Part shown: positions 7,705 to 17,164 of the stretch, one piece after another
Layout: each line of letters opens with the position of its first letter
Position numbering within the stretch: position 1 is the first letter of the stretch
Assembly (NCBI GenBank): GCA_048884965.1
Contig: JBHLQH010000033.1
Location: 1-39,505, forward strand
Reading direction: 5' to 3'
DNA from: Candidatus Thorarchaeota archaeon
Lineage (GTDB): Archaea > Asgardarchaeota > Thorarchaeia > Thorarchaeales > Thorarchaeaceae
DNA: 39,505 nt
Position numbers and translations under genes: made by a program
The notes under the pieces: model-generated
Seen by the model: only the letters and a program-made list of their open reading frames with translations
Databases searched by the model: none
What the model was told of the DNA's origin: nothing

Positions 7705-9074
7705 AGGTGATGAAATTCGGAGGAGGCTGTCTTCGTGATGGTCAAAGCTTCATTAGGATTGCAAAACTGCTTAGGGACGAGCCTTTTGGTCAGACTGTCA
7801 TTGTGGTATCTGCCATCAACGGTGTCACGAATTCCCTTGAACAAGCAACCCTATCTGCCTTGGAGTCTGAAGGTAATATTTCTCGATTCATTGAGGACAT
7901 TCGGGCCCTGCATGAGAACATCATTCAAAGTGCCATTCAAGATCCCAAGACCCAAGAGCACATCATGAAGATCATTGAGTCGAAGATCAGAGCATTAGAA
8001 CGACTCCTCTATGGCATATCCTACACTGGTGAGATAACAGATACTGTCCGGGTCATCGTATTGAGCCAAGGTGAGCGTCTGTCTGCCATAATTCTAGCTG
8101 CAGTACTATCCGAACATGGTAAGAACGCTCGTAGCTTCGAAGCAGACAAGATCGGTATCGTGACCGATACAGTCTGTGAGAACGCCACAGCGAACCTCTC
8201 AATGGTTAGAACCAACCTTCAAGAAAACCTAGTGCCTTTGATTCGACGAGGAATCATTCCTGTCATCACTGGATTCTTTGGCTGTACTGAGGATGGCAAA
8301 ACCTCCTCCTTTGGACGCAATGGATCTGACTATAGCGCTGCAGTGATTGCTCATGCCCTTGAGGCTCGTGAGGTGTACATCTGGAAGGATGTGGATGGAT
8401 TCATGACAGCAGACCCTGGTCTGGTCCCGAGTTCCAAAAGGATAAAGCATCTCTCATATATGGAAGCTGCTGAGCTCTCATATTTCGGAGCAAGGATTCT
8501 GCATCCCCGAACTGTAGAACCCCTCATGGGCACTAATACGAGGATCTACATCAAGAACATACACTCGCCCAAGAATGCAGTGACCCTTATCGAGGAGTCT
8601 GGCCATGAGGAGAAGGACATAGTCAAAAGCGTGACCTATAATGATAAGATTGCGGTACTTAGGATTCATGGAGCTGGTGTCGGGCATAAGCCTGGTATCA
8701 TTGGAGAGATAGGAAAGACCCTTTCTGATGCTCGGATCAACATCTTCTCCGTATTGACATCACAGACTTGTATCAATCTCCTTTTGGACAATAAGGATGC
8801 TGGACGTGGCATTGACGCGCTTAGGCCGCATGTCGGAGGTGTAATAGAACGACTTGAACTACGAAATGATGTAGCCCTCATCGCGGTCGTTGGCCAAGGT
8901 CTTGGGAATAGAGAAGGTCTCGCAGCCCGTGTCTTCTCAGCAGTCGCTCAAAAATCCATCAACGTGGAGATGTTCGCAGCAGGTGCTTCTCATGTCGCGT
9001 ACTATTTCATCGTCGCTCAGAAGGATATGCAAGGTTCTATTGCCGCTGTCCATGATAGCTTCTTTGGAATCTAG
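7701..9074 (+). CDS. lysC: Aspartate kinase with C-terminal ACT domains
   Basis: VMKFGG, VVSA, GERLSA, GRNGSDYSA, DVDGFMTADP, ELSYFGARILHP. ATGA overlap with asd. Confidence 0.92.
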   Translation: MKVMKFGGGCLRDGQSFIRIAKLLRDEPFGQTVIVVSAINGVTNSLEQATLSALESEGNISRFIEDIRALHENIIQSAIQDPKTQEHIMKIIESKIRALERLLYGISYTGEITDTVRVIVLSQGERLSAIILAAVLSEHGKNARSFEADKIGIVTDTVCENATANLSMVRTNLQENLVPLIRRGIIPVITGFFGCTEDGKTSSFGRNGSDYSAAVIAHALEAREVYIWKDVDGFMTADPGLVPSSKRIKHLSYMEAAELSYFGARILHPRTVEPLMGTNTRIYIKNIHSPKNAVTLIEESGHEEKDIVKSVTYNDKIAVLRIHGAGVGHKPGIIGEIGKTLSDARINIFSVLTSQTCINLLLDNKDAGRGIDALRPHVGGVIERLELRNDVALIAVVGQGLGNREGLAARVFSAVAQKSINVEMFAAGASHVAYYFIVAQKDMQGSIAAVHDSFFGI

Positions 9075-9553
9075 ATTTGGGAGGTGTATCCTCCCTCTTT
9101 TCTTGCTTGCATGATGCTCAAAACAAGCTGTGTTGCACTTGTTGTAGGGATATACCACCAGTTCAGACGACCTGATGTCTTGGTGATATGTACCCATTGA
9201 GCGTTTGGATAGAAATATTGGAAATTAGCCCACCATGGTGGATAGTCCACAAGCTCGGAATTGGTGATTCTCTCAAGGGGAATCTTGATGGTCCAAAGTT
9301 TCCCATGACGGATCCATACTTGTCTTCGGGTCACCACTACCTTTGTGGGGACGACTAAGAGGTAGGGTATTGAATAGACAAAGAGCGGCACGATAACCCA
9401 CAGGATAAGCCCCCAGTATCCCCATTCAGGCTCCATCAAGAATATCAACAGGAATACAGGTGACATGACAAAGAAACAAGCGAATGCTACAGCTCGAATG
9501 AATACATGATCGTACGGTGGCCGATCTGTGAGGATAATCTCTTCTGAAGTCAT
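9071..9553 (-). CDS. Membrane protein with two TM helices and a bacterial-PH-like domain
   Basis: Two hydrophobic helices, then beta-rich VVTRRQVWIRHG...KIPLERIT. Confidence 0.65.
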   Translation of the reverse strand: MTSEEIILTDRPPYDHVFIRAVAFACFFVMSPVFLLIFLMEPEWGYWGLILWVIVPLFVYSIPYLLVVPTKVVVTRRQVWIRHGKLWTIKIPLERITNSELVDYPPWWANFQYFYPNAQWVHITKTSGRLNWWYIPTTSATQLVLSIMQARKEGGYTSQI

Positions 9554-9601
9554 GGTACATTTGATTCTTTGATTGAAACCTTAAGAACATACATCTCTAT
9601 C

Positions 9602-9856
9602 CTATCGCTTCATCTGGACAGCACAAAGGATCAGTACTGCAATCACTATACCGATACTAACCAAGGTAGCTGTAAATGGTCCCCCCGGTAATGTTGCGGC
9701 AATCTCCGGAGTCCCTAACATCCCTGCAAGGATGAATAGCGCCACAGATCCAAGGCAGTAGCTTGTTTGCTTCATACAGTCTGCCTGTGCTCGGCGATTG
9801 GGGTCGATTTGGTAGTCCTCAGTATCAATGGAGTTCGTTCTGAATGTTGACATCAC
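9602..9856 (-). CDS. Small hypothetical membrane protein
   Basis: 84 aa with two hydrophobic segments, fills the gap between neighbours. Confidence 0.6.
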   Translation of the reverse strand: MMSTFRTNSIDTEDYQIDPNRRAQADCMKQTSYCLGSVALFILAGMLGTPEIAATLPGGPFTATLVSIGIVIAVLILCAVQMKR

Positions 9857-9960
9857 TACTTTACCGATTACAGAGCAGGATTGATTCGGTATTATCTGTT
9901 CCCTACAACGCAGAAAGAACCCGCAGGAGTTTTATGTTCCCTTGGTAGCAACGTATCAGG

Positions 9961-10698
9961 ATGAACAAGTCTATTGATTATGACAGCGTATCTGCGATCT
10001 ACGACGAGGTCCGAACAGGTGATCCTGAGATGATCCTTCATCTCCTCCAAGGAATCACCTCCTTAGAAGCACCCAGAGTACTTGATGTTGGCTGTGGAAC
10101 AGCAAACAATACCCTTCTTTTCGCCAAGACCTCGGGGCTTGTCGTCACTGGACTAGACCTCTCGTTCGGAATGCTGTGTGAGGCATGTACCAAGGCGCCA
10201 TTGCTCTCCTTCGTTCAGGCTCCTGCAGATTCCATCCCGTTCCTCGATGCGTCATTTGACTTCATATTCATGACCGAGGTCGTCCATCATCTTCCAGATA
10301 TTAGAAGCGCCTTCGCTGAGATATATCGCGTAACTGCGAAGGGTGGAAGAATATGCATCGTGACTCAATCTCACAAGCAGATAGAAGGACGCATGACCTC
10401 CAGATTCTTTCCTGCGACAATAGATATCGATCAGGCAAGATACCCTTCTATTCCCAGTCTCGAAGCATCATTGCTAGATATAGGATTCTCACAGATCGAT
10501 GTTCAGTCTTTTCAATTCACTCCCGTTCGACTTGGGAACGAGTATCTAGAAACTGTCGAGAAGCGTGGCTATTCGATGCTTCATAAGATATCAGATGATG
10601 CATATCAGGAGGGTCTCTCAAAGCTGCGCGATGCGATGGCTACAGGTGCACGATTAGACTATGCTGCTGGATACTCCTTTGTGTGGGCCGAACGATAA
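9961..10698 (+). CDS. Class I SAM-dependent methyltransferase (UbiE/Methyltransf_11-like)
   Basis: VLDVGCGT, GLDLSFGML, IPFLDASFD. TATA-like TTTTAT about 25 nt upstream of the ATG. Confidence 0.88.
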   Translation: MNKSIDYDSVSAIYDEVRTGDPEMILHLLQGITSLEAPRVLDVGCGTANNTLLFAKTSGLVVTGLDLSFGMLCEACTKAPLLSFVQAPADSIPFLDASFDFIFMTEVVHHLPDIRSAFAEIYRVTAKGGRICIVTQSHKQIEGRMTSRFFPATIDIDQARYPSIPSLEASLLDIGFSQIDVQSFQFTPVRLGNEYLETVEKRGYSMLHKISDDAYQEGLSKLRDAMATGARLDYAAGYSFVWAER

Positions 10699-10759
10699 TT
10701 ACCAAGGGTATCCAAAGTCATCCGATAATATCTGGCCAACATCTTGGAGTCTGTCACCA

Positions 10760-11107
10760 TTATCGCACGATGACCTTCACGCTATGCTCGCTCTCGACAT
10801 CGAATCGGAATAGCACCTTGACCGTTAGGATTGTTTCTCCCTTCCCGACCGCCTTGAAGTCCCAGTAGGCACGCTCTGCATCGCCTCCAGTCCAACCGGG
10901 TTTCTTCATATGCTCAGGGTGTGTATACTCCGCCTTCGTATCCTCATGAGCGATGATCGATGTATCTCCTATCTCGAACTCCGCGTCCTCCCCGACAGAG
11001 CCATGTCGATGGAAGCGACATCTGAAGGTCTCTCCTAGTGCCAACGTGACCTTCGGGTTCTCAGCTTTCCAATCAACTTCAATGATCTCATCTGTTGGTG
11101 GTTTCAT
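10760..11107 (-). CDS. Chagasin/I42 cysteine-protease-inhibitor-like protein
   Basis: VTLALGETF, HGSVG, GG...WDFKAVGKGETILTV pattern. Start at ATG 11107 after the SD GGAGGT. Confidence 0.6.
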   Translation of the reverse strand: MKPPTDEIIEVDWKAENPKVTLALGETFRCRFHRHGSVGEDAEFEIGDTSIIAHEDTKAEYTHPEHMKKPGWTGGDAERAYWDFKAVGKGETILTVKVLFRFDVESEHSVKVIVR

Positions 11108-11114
11108 GACACTC

Positions 11115-11873
11115 TTACCTCCCAAGCTCAGCTGCTAGTCCCTTCGGTGTCCTTACCCATCTGTAGGCAAGAAAAGCAACTATCACTCCAATGGAACCTC
11201 CGACAGCCAACATCAGGATTGTTGTCAATTGTAGCTCAGGAGGTAATATTGTAGGGTCTCCTTCCTCCCATTGAGAGAGGATGATGTCTATCACATCCGT
11301 CCCCATTGTAGTCACTCGATATCGACTGTAGACAAGAGTACCCTGTGTCTTCTCGTATCTCCACTCATAGTGATAGCTGTAAAGCCTTCCTCCAAAGGAG
11401 AAGGATGAGTCCTCAGCAAGCCCCCACTCAGTGTCTGTATCAGTCACTGTCATATCGGGACTTTCGAGTGAGAAGTTCAGGAATTCCCCTTGGAACTCCC
11501 AGTCATTTATCAGAATGGCAATTACCGTAGAATCTGTCAGCAGATTCGAGGAATCATTCTCCAAGGTCAAGCTTGCATGGGATAGTGGCAAATCATCTGA
11601 AAGGGTGATGTCTGCCGGAATCACTTCTAGTTCTGTGATAGTCGCGATGAACTTTGTACCAGCATCAATAGGGATGATGAAGTTCATCCAGAAGGGAATG
11701 ATCGAAATATACGCTGAATCCAGCACCTTTCTCTGCAATGCATATGTGAACTCATCTCCGACCTCGACTCCCCACTCAAAGGTGTGTGCGGTCGCGAAAC
11801 TCGGATTGATGAGAAATAATGTGATCAGAAGTAGTACGACAGACCTGTGTCCACGATTCAATCTCATTGCCAT
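11115..11873 (-). CDS. Hypothetical secreted protein with C-terminal TM anchor
   Basis: Signal peptide, FEWGVEVGDEFTY N-terminal motif, C-terminal TM helix plus basic tail. Confidence 0.75.
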   Translation of the reverse strand: MAMRLNRGHRSVVLLLITLFLINPSFATAHTFEWGVEVGDEFTYALQRKVLDSAYISIIPFWMNFIIPIDAGTKFIATITELEVIPADITLSDDLPLSHASLTLENDSSNLLTDSTVIAILINDWEFQGEFLNFSLESPDMTVTDTDTEWGLAEDSSFSFGGRLYSYHYEWRYEKTQGTLVYSRYRVTTMGTDVIDIILSQWEEGDPTILPPELQLTTILMLAVGGSIGVIVAFLAYRWVRTPKGLAAELGR

Positions 11874-11927
11874 TTACACCTTGGATGATGAGGCTTTAGG
11901 AGTTCTTAAAGTAATGAAGATATCCCT

Positions 11928-12707
11928 TCAAGTGGCCTGTTTCAGTTTCTCCTCAAGCTCGTCTATATGCTCAATGATAATTGTCCCATCTGGAGCAAGG
12001 GCTCTCTGCTCAGGATCACACCAAGTAATGAGCACTGGCAGCATACTTGCTCTCTGTGCTGCTATGACATCGTCACTGACAAGGTTCCCAACATATGTGC
12101 ATCGCAATGGATTCGAACCCAAGTCCTTTGCTACTGCAAGAAGCATGTAGGGTGAGGGCTTCGCATATCCTGGAACTGATGTATATTCAATTGCGCCGAA
12201 GAGCTCTAGTATTCCATCTGCAACAAGATAGCTCCGAGGGTCCCCAAAACGATTGGAGGCAATCCCTAGTTTGTATCCTTGGGCGTGTAGGTATTCGAGG
12301 CCCTCCTTGCACCCATCAACGAGCTCTGGCTTGGCGGTAGGGATGTACTCGTCCCATTTTGATTGGTATGCCTCAGCCAAGGTATCCAGATCGCCATCAA
12401 TACATAGGTTCTCCAAGAGAATCCTATCATATTGGATCCACAGCTCGCGAGTTGGCTCCCAGTATGGATCGACATCATGCTCAAGCATGTATTTGATGAG
12501 GAAATCATTTCTCTGCCAATCAAGGGCTCGCTCCATCTCCTCATTTGTGATCATTTCACACTCATGGATTCCTGCTTCAATCAGATGCTTCCTTGCGATG
12601 TTTACGAGCTGATCCAGCGGCTTGTACAATGTTCCTCCCAAGTCGAAAATGATTGTATCGATCTCTCCTCTCATCGTTGCTTCCCTTTCTACCAAAGGAA
12701 TCATCAC
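11928..12707 (-). CDS. HAD-superfamily hydrolase
   Basis: IIFDLGGTL, GIASN, KPSP, YVGNLVSDD. Confidence 0.85.
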   Translation of the reverse strand: MMIPLVEREATMRGEIDTIIFDLGGTLYKPLDQLVNIARKHLIEAGIHECEMITNEEMERALDWQRNDFLIKYMLEHDVDPYWEPTRELWIQYDRILLENLCIDGDLDTLAEAYQSKWDEYIPTAKPELVDGCKEGLEYLHAQGYKLGIASNRFGDPRSYLVADGILELFGAIEYTSVPGYAKPSPYMLLAVAKDLGSNPLRCTYVGNLVSDDVIAAQRASMLPVLITWCDPEQRALAPDGTIIIEHIDELEEKLKQAT

Positions 12708-12752
12708 TGATTAGGTTTTGGAATCATAGCTCATCAATGTGAAGCCTTTTGA

Positions 12753-13925
12753 ATGGTCACGGCTTTCAGGATGATGGTTGCGATGAGCTCTCCTGAAATA
12801 CCCCTGAAGGAAGTGGAAGAATACCTAAAGATACATCCAGATGATGCTATGGCCTGGAACACAAAGGGAGTCCTATTAGCAACATTAGGGGACTTTGGTC
12901 CTGCATTACGGGCTTTGAATGAAGCTATCAAGTTGAATGCTGACCTTCATCAAGCACACACCAACAAAGGAAGGGTCCTGCTTGCTCTTGGCTCGGATAA
13001 GGCCTCGGAGGCTTTGAAGTCGTTTGACACTGCACTTCGCTTGAAGCCGAATGATCTTGATGCGCTCCGTGACAAGGCTGTAGCACTGCGAGCCCTTGAT
13101 AGATTGGCTGAAGAGATGAGATGTCTTCTGAAATTCGTCGATCTTGCACCGCAGGAATGGAAAGCGTGGATGCGAATCGGGGATATCCAGCTTGAGTCTG
13201 GTGATTTCAGACAAGCAGAATCTAGCTTTTCAAGAGTCCTTGAGTTGGAAGCTGAGAATGTGTTCGCATTGATTCATCGAGCAATTGCATTGTCTATGCT
13301 AGAAGAATGGGGCGATGCTATCAAGAGTGCTGAAGAGGCGTGCAAGCACGCTCCAGATCAGGTTGAAGCATGGAAAGTCCTTGGGGATGTCAATGTACGT
13401 GCGGGAAGGAATCGAGCTGCGCTCAAAGCTCTTGAAAAAGCCGCCAGACTAGATCCTGAGGATGCACATGTTGAGCTGACACTAGGCATGGTGGAATACA
13501 AGTCTGGGCGTCTAAAGGACGCAGTGAAGCATTTCAATCGAGCAATAATACGTGATCGAAAGAACCCTCGCGGATATCGGAATATTGCATTGGTGTCCAT
13601 GGAACTTGAGGAATGGGAGGCTTCTAAGGATGCCTGGGAGCGATTCATCCAACTGGTTAAGAATGATGCTGAGGCATATGATGCGCTCGCAACCTCCTGT
13701 GCGCGATTAGACGATTTCTGTTGTGCTGCAGATGCTTGGGACATGGCTCGCAAGCTCTTCAAGAAGAACGGGCAGAATGCTGACGCTTCTCGAGTCACTG
13801 AGCTCGGTCGCGCAGCTAGAATTAATTGCTCAAGGATGAAGAAGGCCCTAAAGGCCCAGAAGGAACATGAGAAGGCAACTCGAACATTCTCTGATCGCCA
13901 TAAGGGTCGCAGTACGAAACGTTAG
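12753..13925 (+). CDS. Tetratricopeptide repeat protein
   Basis: Repeated AW.NKG..L..LG...AL....A..L.P units across the ORF. The true start may be the downstream Met (MSSPE). Confidence 0.88.
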   Translation: MVTAFRMMVAMSSPEIPLKEVEEYLKIHPDDAMAWNTKGVLLATLGDFGPALRALNEAIKLNADLHQAHTNKGRVLLALGSDKASEALKSFDTALRLKPNDLDALRDKAVALRALDRLAEEMRCLLKFVDLAPQEWKAWMRIGDIQLESGDFRQAESSFSRVLELEAENVFALIHRAIALSMLEEWGDAIKSAEEACKHAPDQVEAWKVLGDVNVRAGRNRAALKALEKAARLDPEDAHVELTLGMVEYKSGRLKDAVKHFNRAIIRDRKNPRGYRNIALVSMELEEWEASKDAWERFIQLVKNDAEAYDALATSCARLDDFCCAADAWDMARKLFKKNGQNADASRVTELGRAARINCSRMKKALKAQKEHEKATRTFSDRHKGRSTKR

Positions 13926-13927
13926 TC

Positions 13928-14734
13928 CTAGGGGTCATCCTCAAGCAGGGACCTCAGAAAGAATTCCACGCTGAATCTATCCTTAGTCATCTCGATATAC
14001 CAAGGTGGCTCGATTTCAAGCTTCTCTATCATATCGGAATAGCTCAAGCCATCATTATGCATCTCTTTCACCTTCCCTTGAGTTTCCTTGAGATAGTCAA
14101 TCCTTCTCTGGATGTGCTCAGAAGGTGATTCGATGGGTCCTCTGTGGGAGTCGAAGAGAATCTCAATGCCAAGAGTTTGTATATGCTCCATAGACTTGAT
14201 CATGCGAGGGATATTCTCATCTGGCATTGCGATGTATTTTCGCGAAGGCAGAGGTACGGCATCTGAGGAGAACAGCCATTTCCTATCTGGCTCGAAGAAT
14301 GCGACCATATCCTTCATGTGTCCCGGAACCTCAATGACTTCGAATCTGTAATCTCCAATAGCAAATGTTTCCTGCATTGGCCTGACATCTTTGATGGGCT
14401 TCGGTTGTCCCCAGACATATTGGAAGAATTCTCCGATCTCAATTGGTTCCCGAAGGAGATCAATTCCTGATTTCCAAGCGTATACATTTGCCTTTCCTGC
14501 GAATAGATCAACACACCCAAAATGGTCCTCATGAGCGTGAGAGATATAGACATCATTGATTTGCCGCTTTGAGAGATATGTTTCGAGCTCAGTTCTGGAA
14601 TTACCACAACAAGCATCGAACATGGAATTCCCTATATGATAGGCGTAGACCCACATTATCGCATTTCCATCAGGACCTGCAGTGGCAGTCTTTAGACCAA
14701 TGATGTCATCATTGAATGACTCTTTCTCAAACAT
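13928..14734 (-). CDS. Metallo-beta-lactamase-fold hydrolase
   Basis: SHAHEDHFG, PGH, SSD, DSHRG. Confidence 0.88.
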   Translation of the reverse strand: MFEKESFNDDIIGLKTATAGPDGNAIMWVYAYHIGNSMFDACCGNSRTELETYLSKRQINDVYISHAHEDHFGCVDLFAGKANVYAWKSGIDLLREPIEIGEFFQYVWGQPKPIKDVRPMQETFAIGDYRFEVIEVPGHMKDMVAFFEPDRKWLFSSDAVPLPSRKYIAMPDENIPRMIKSMEHIQTLGIEILFDSHRGPIESPSEHIQRRIDYLKETQGKVKEMHNDGLSYSDMIEKLEIEPPWYIEMTKDRFSVEFFLRSLLEDDP

Positions 14735-14809
14735 GGTATCAGCAAACTGTGAAGTCTACTAAAAGGATTCTTCGGTCTATCATATCGGGTGCAAACCACC
14801 ATCCCAATT

Positions 14810-15730
14810 CTAGAGAAAGCCTGCACCCTGAATCATTCTTCTCAGAGCTTCTTGGCGCAGATGTCTAATCTTCTTCGGAGGGTAGACTAGAATGGTATTC
14901 CTGACGATCACAGATGGGATTTTTCGCAACTCCCTAACGACTTCTTCAGATTTCTTGGGATGATCTATGAGGAAATCACACCACATCAATGGCTCCATTG
15001 CAGAGTACATGCTGGTCCAATATGCATCAGGAAAGCGCTCGCGCAATATACTATCTATTGTAGCTGGATTGGTTTTCTTGGGATCCCATGCCACCCTGTA
15101 GGAGATATACGAGGCATCAGATGATGTCAAAGAAACGAAAATCCTGAAAGTTACTGCCTCACTGTCAATCAAGTCCGTAAGTGTTCGACGAACGCGCTTC
15201 ACGGTCAATCCTGAACGACGCGCGATATCCGCAATTGGCATTCTCGGGTTATCTATGAGTACAGCCAAGACTCGCAATTCGATGCTGGAGAGTTCTTTCT
15301 TCTCTCCACGGGGAAGAGGTAGGGAATGAACTTCAAGGTCATGAACGCTCTCCAGACGGCGAAAGAAAGAAGTTAGGTCCATCATCTGCTCAGGATTCTC
15401 ATACTCCGACAATACTATACATGTTCCGAATGAATCATAATGCACACGGAATACATTTGGATGCGCAAAAGCCATCTCGGCGAATGAGTCATCATCAATT
15501 GACTTATCCGTGTACAGAAGCGAAAATAGAATCTCAGTGTTCGTCATAGCCCGACTTACTTGAACGATGTAGTCTCGAATCACTCCTTTTTCTTCAAGTG
15601 CTGCGATTCTCCTTCTGATGACCTTTGATGTCACACCATGCTTATCTGCGAGAGCCCTCAGACTAACACGATAGTTCCTTTGCAGGTCGAGGATGATTCC
15701 TCGATCTATTGGATCCATTGGGCGCACCAC
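14810..15730 (-). CDS. Lrp/AsnC-family regulator with duplicated wHTH modules
   Basis: MDPIDRGIILDLQRNYRVS...RRRIAALEEKGVI and a second unit IELRVLAVLIDNPRMPIADIARRSG. Confidence 0.85.
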   Translation of the reverse strand: MVRPMDPIDRGIILDLQRNYRVSLRALADKHGVTSKVIRRRIAALEEKGVIRDYIVQVSRAMTNTEILFSLLYTDKSIDDDSFAEMAFAHPNVFRVHYDSFGTCIVLSEYENPEQMMDLTSFFRRLESVHDLEVHSLPLPRGEKKELSSIELRVLAVLIDNPRMPIADIARRSGLTVKRVRRTLTDLIDSEAVTFRIFVSLTSSDASYISYRVAWDPKKTNPATIDSILRERFPDAYWTSMYSAMEPLMWCDFLIDHPKKSEEVVRELRKIPSVIVRNTILVYPPKKIRHLRQEALRRMIQGAGFL

Positions 15731-15898
15731 CTTCAGCTTTAAGGCACACGAGGATAAAGGTTCTCCCTGTCGCGCATTGCGTCAATCATACTTACTTAGA
15801 TAGGAACATGTCATTGCTATTGTACGAGAAATTCGATTACAGGCATACAAAGCGTAAGGAATGAAAAATCGAGATACTCAACACTCTGAAAATGATGA

Positions 15899-17122
15899 AT
15901 GATTGGTGATTCTATGAAGAAGGGTTTGCAACTGCTCTCAATCCTCTTGATGCTACTCCTACTTGGTCCAATATCCTCCGGTGACATGCAATCCTCTGGA
16001 TTACAATCCCACCTGTATCTGTGTGAGAGGGATTATTGGCCCACCAATGGATGGTTGAACACGACCCCTGAGGAGCAGGGTATGGACTCATCTCTACTGA
16101 ATGGAATGATTGATTACATTGAGGAAGAGGACATTGCTATCAATTCCGTCGTTGTAGTCAAGAATGGCTACATCGTTCTTGAGAAATACTTCAGATCCTA
16201 TCAGAATGAGAATTCCACCTATGCCCTCTATTCAGTCACGAAGAGCTTCACCTCTGCACTAGTGGGGATCGCAGTGGATCAGGGCTATATCGACAATGTG
16301 AGTCAGCTAGTTCTCCCATTCTTTCCAGAGTATGAGATTGCGAATGTTGATGAAAGGAGAGAACGCATAACAATTGAGGACCTACTTACCATGCGGTCTG
16401 GTCTCTTCTGGGATGAGAGCAGTGCCCCCTTCACAAGTCCAGCTAATGGGATCTATCATTTGATGGTTCGGGATGGAGTGAACTACACACTCAACTTGGA
16501 CATGGTTTCTGAACCCGGTACGGAGTTCCTCTATAATACCGGAGCATCTCATCTACTCGCAGCGATAGTCTGGAAGGCAACTGGTATGTCCACCTTGGCA
16601 TTCGCTGAGGAGAATCTGTTCGGTCCTCTGGGAATCGATCATGTGTCGTGGTATCGCGACGCCGCGGGATGGTATCGAGGCGGTTTCGACCTAATCCTCT
16701 CGACTAGGAGTATGGCAAAGTTCGGGTATCTCTACCTGAATAATGGCACATGGGATGGAGAGCAAATCCTTTCTGAAGAATGGGTTCAGGACTCAATCGA
16801 AAGTTATACGCTTTTGAATCAGTACCATGGCTACGGATATCAGTGGCATACAGACCCTGAGGTGGGGCTGTACTACGCTGCCGGACTCTATGGTCAATTT
16901 ATCTTCGTCATCCCTGAGCATGACATTGTCGTTGCGTTCACTTCAAACCTTGGGATAAACGATCCTGCACCCCATGAGAATCTGGTACTGAACTATGTCG
17001 TTGCGGCTGATGGAGGAATAGGGGATCCCCAACTTGATATTCTACCGATACTGACAGTCGTTCTAGTTGCACCAGTGGCTATCGCCGCTGTGTACTATGT
17101 CTTTGTCTTGAAACGACGATGA
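15899..17122 (+). CDS. Membrane-anchored serine hydrolase (beta-lactamase class C/AmpC-like family)
   Basis: SVTK (SxxK), YNT (YxN), LLTMRSG, AAGLYGQ. Signal peptide and C-terminal TM plus KRR. Confidence 0.9.
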   Translation: MIGDSMKKGLQLLSILLMLLLLGPISSGDMQSSGLQSHLYLCERDYWPTNGWLNTTPEEQGMDSSLLNGMIDYIEEEDIAINSVVVVKNGYIVLEKYFRSYQNENSTYALYSVTKSFTSALVGIAVDQGYIDNVSQLVLPFFPEYEIANVDERRERITIEDLLTMRSGLFWDESSAPFTSPANGIYHLMVRDGVNYTLNLDMVSEPGTEFLYNTGASHLLAAIVWKATGMSTLAFAEENLFGPLGIDHVSWYRDAAGWYRGGFDLILSTRSMAKFGYLYLNNGTWDGEQILSEEWVQDSIESYTLLNQYHGYGYQWHTDPEVGLYYAAGLYGQFIFVIPEHDIVVAFTSNLGINDPAPHENLVLNYVVAADGGIGDPQLDILPILTVVLVAPVAIAAVYYVFVLKRR

Positions 17123-17164
17123 AAGCGGAACCTTCAAACCCTTTCATTTCTAGGTCTTCCCATT

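Noticed and set aside
11431-12150. 239-aa plus-strand ORF and the many other 60-146-aa overlapping ORFs in the track
   Set aside because: Antisense or alternate-frame shadows of well-supported genes, with no motifs.
15899-17122. Antibiotic-resistance interpretation of the beta-lactamase-like and MBL-fold genes
   Set aside because: The motifs only define broad hydrolase superfamilies.
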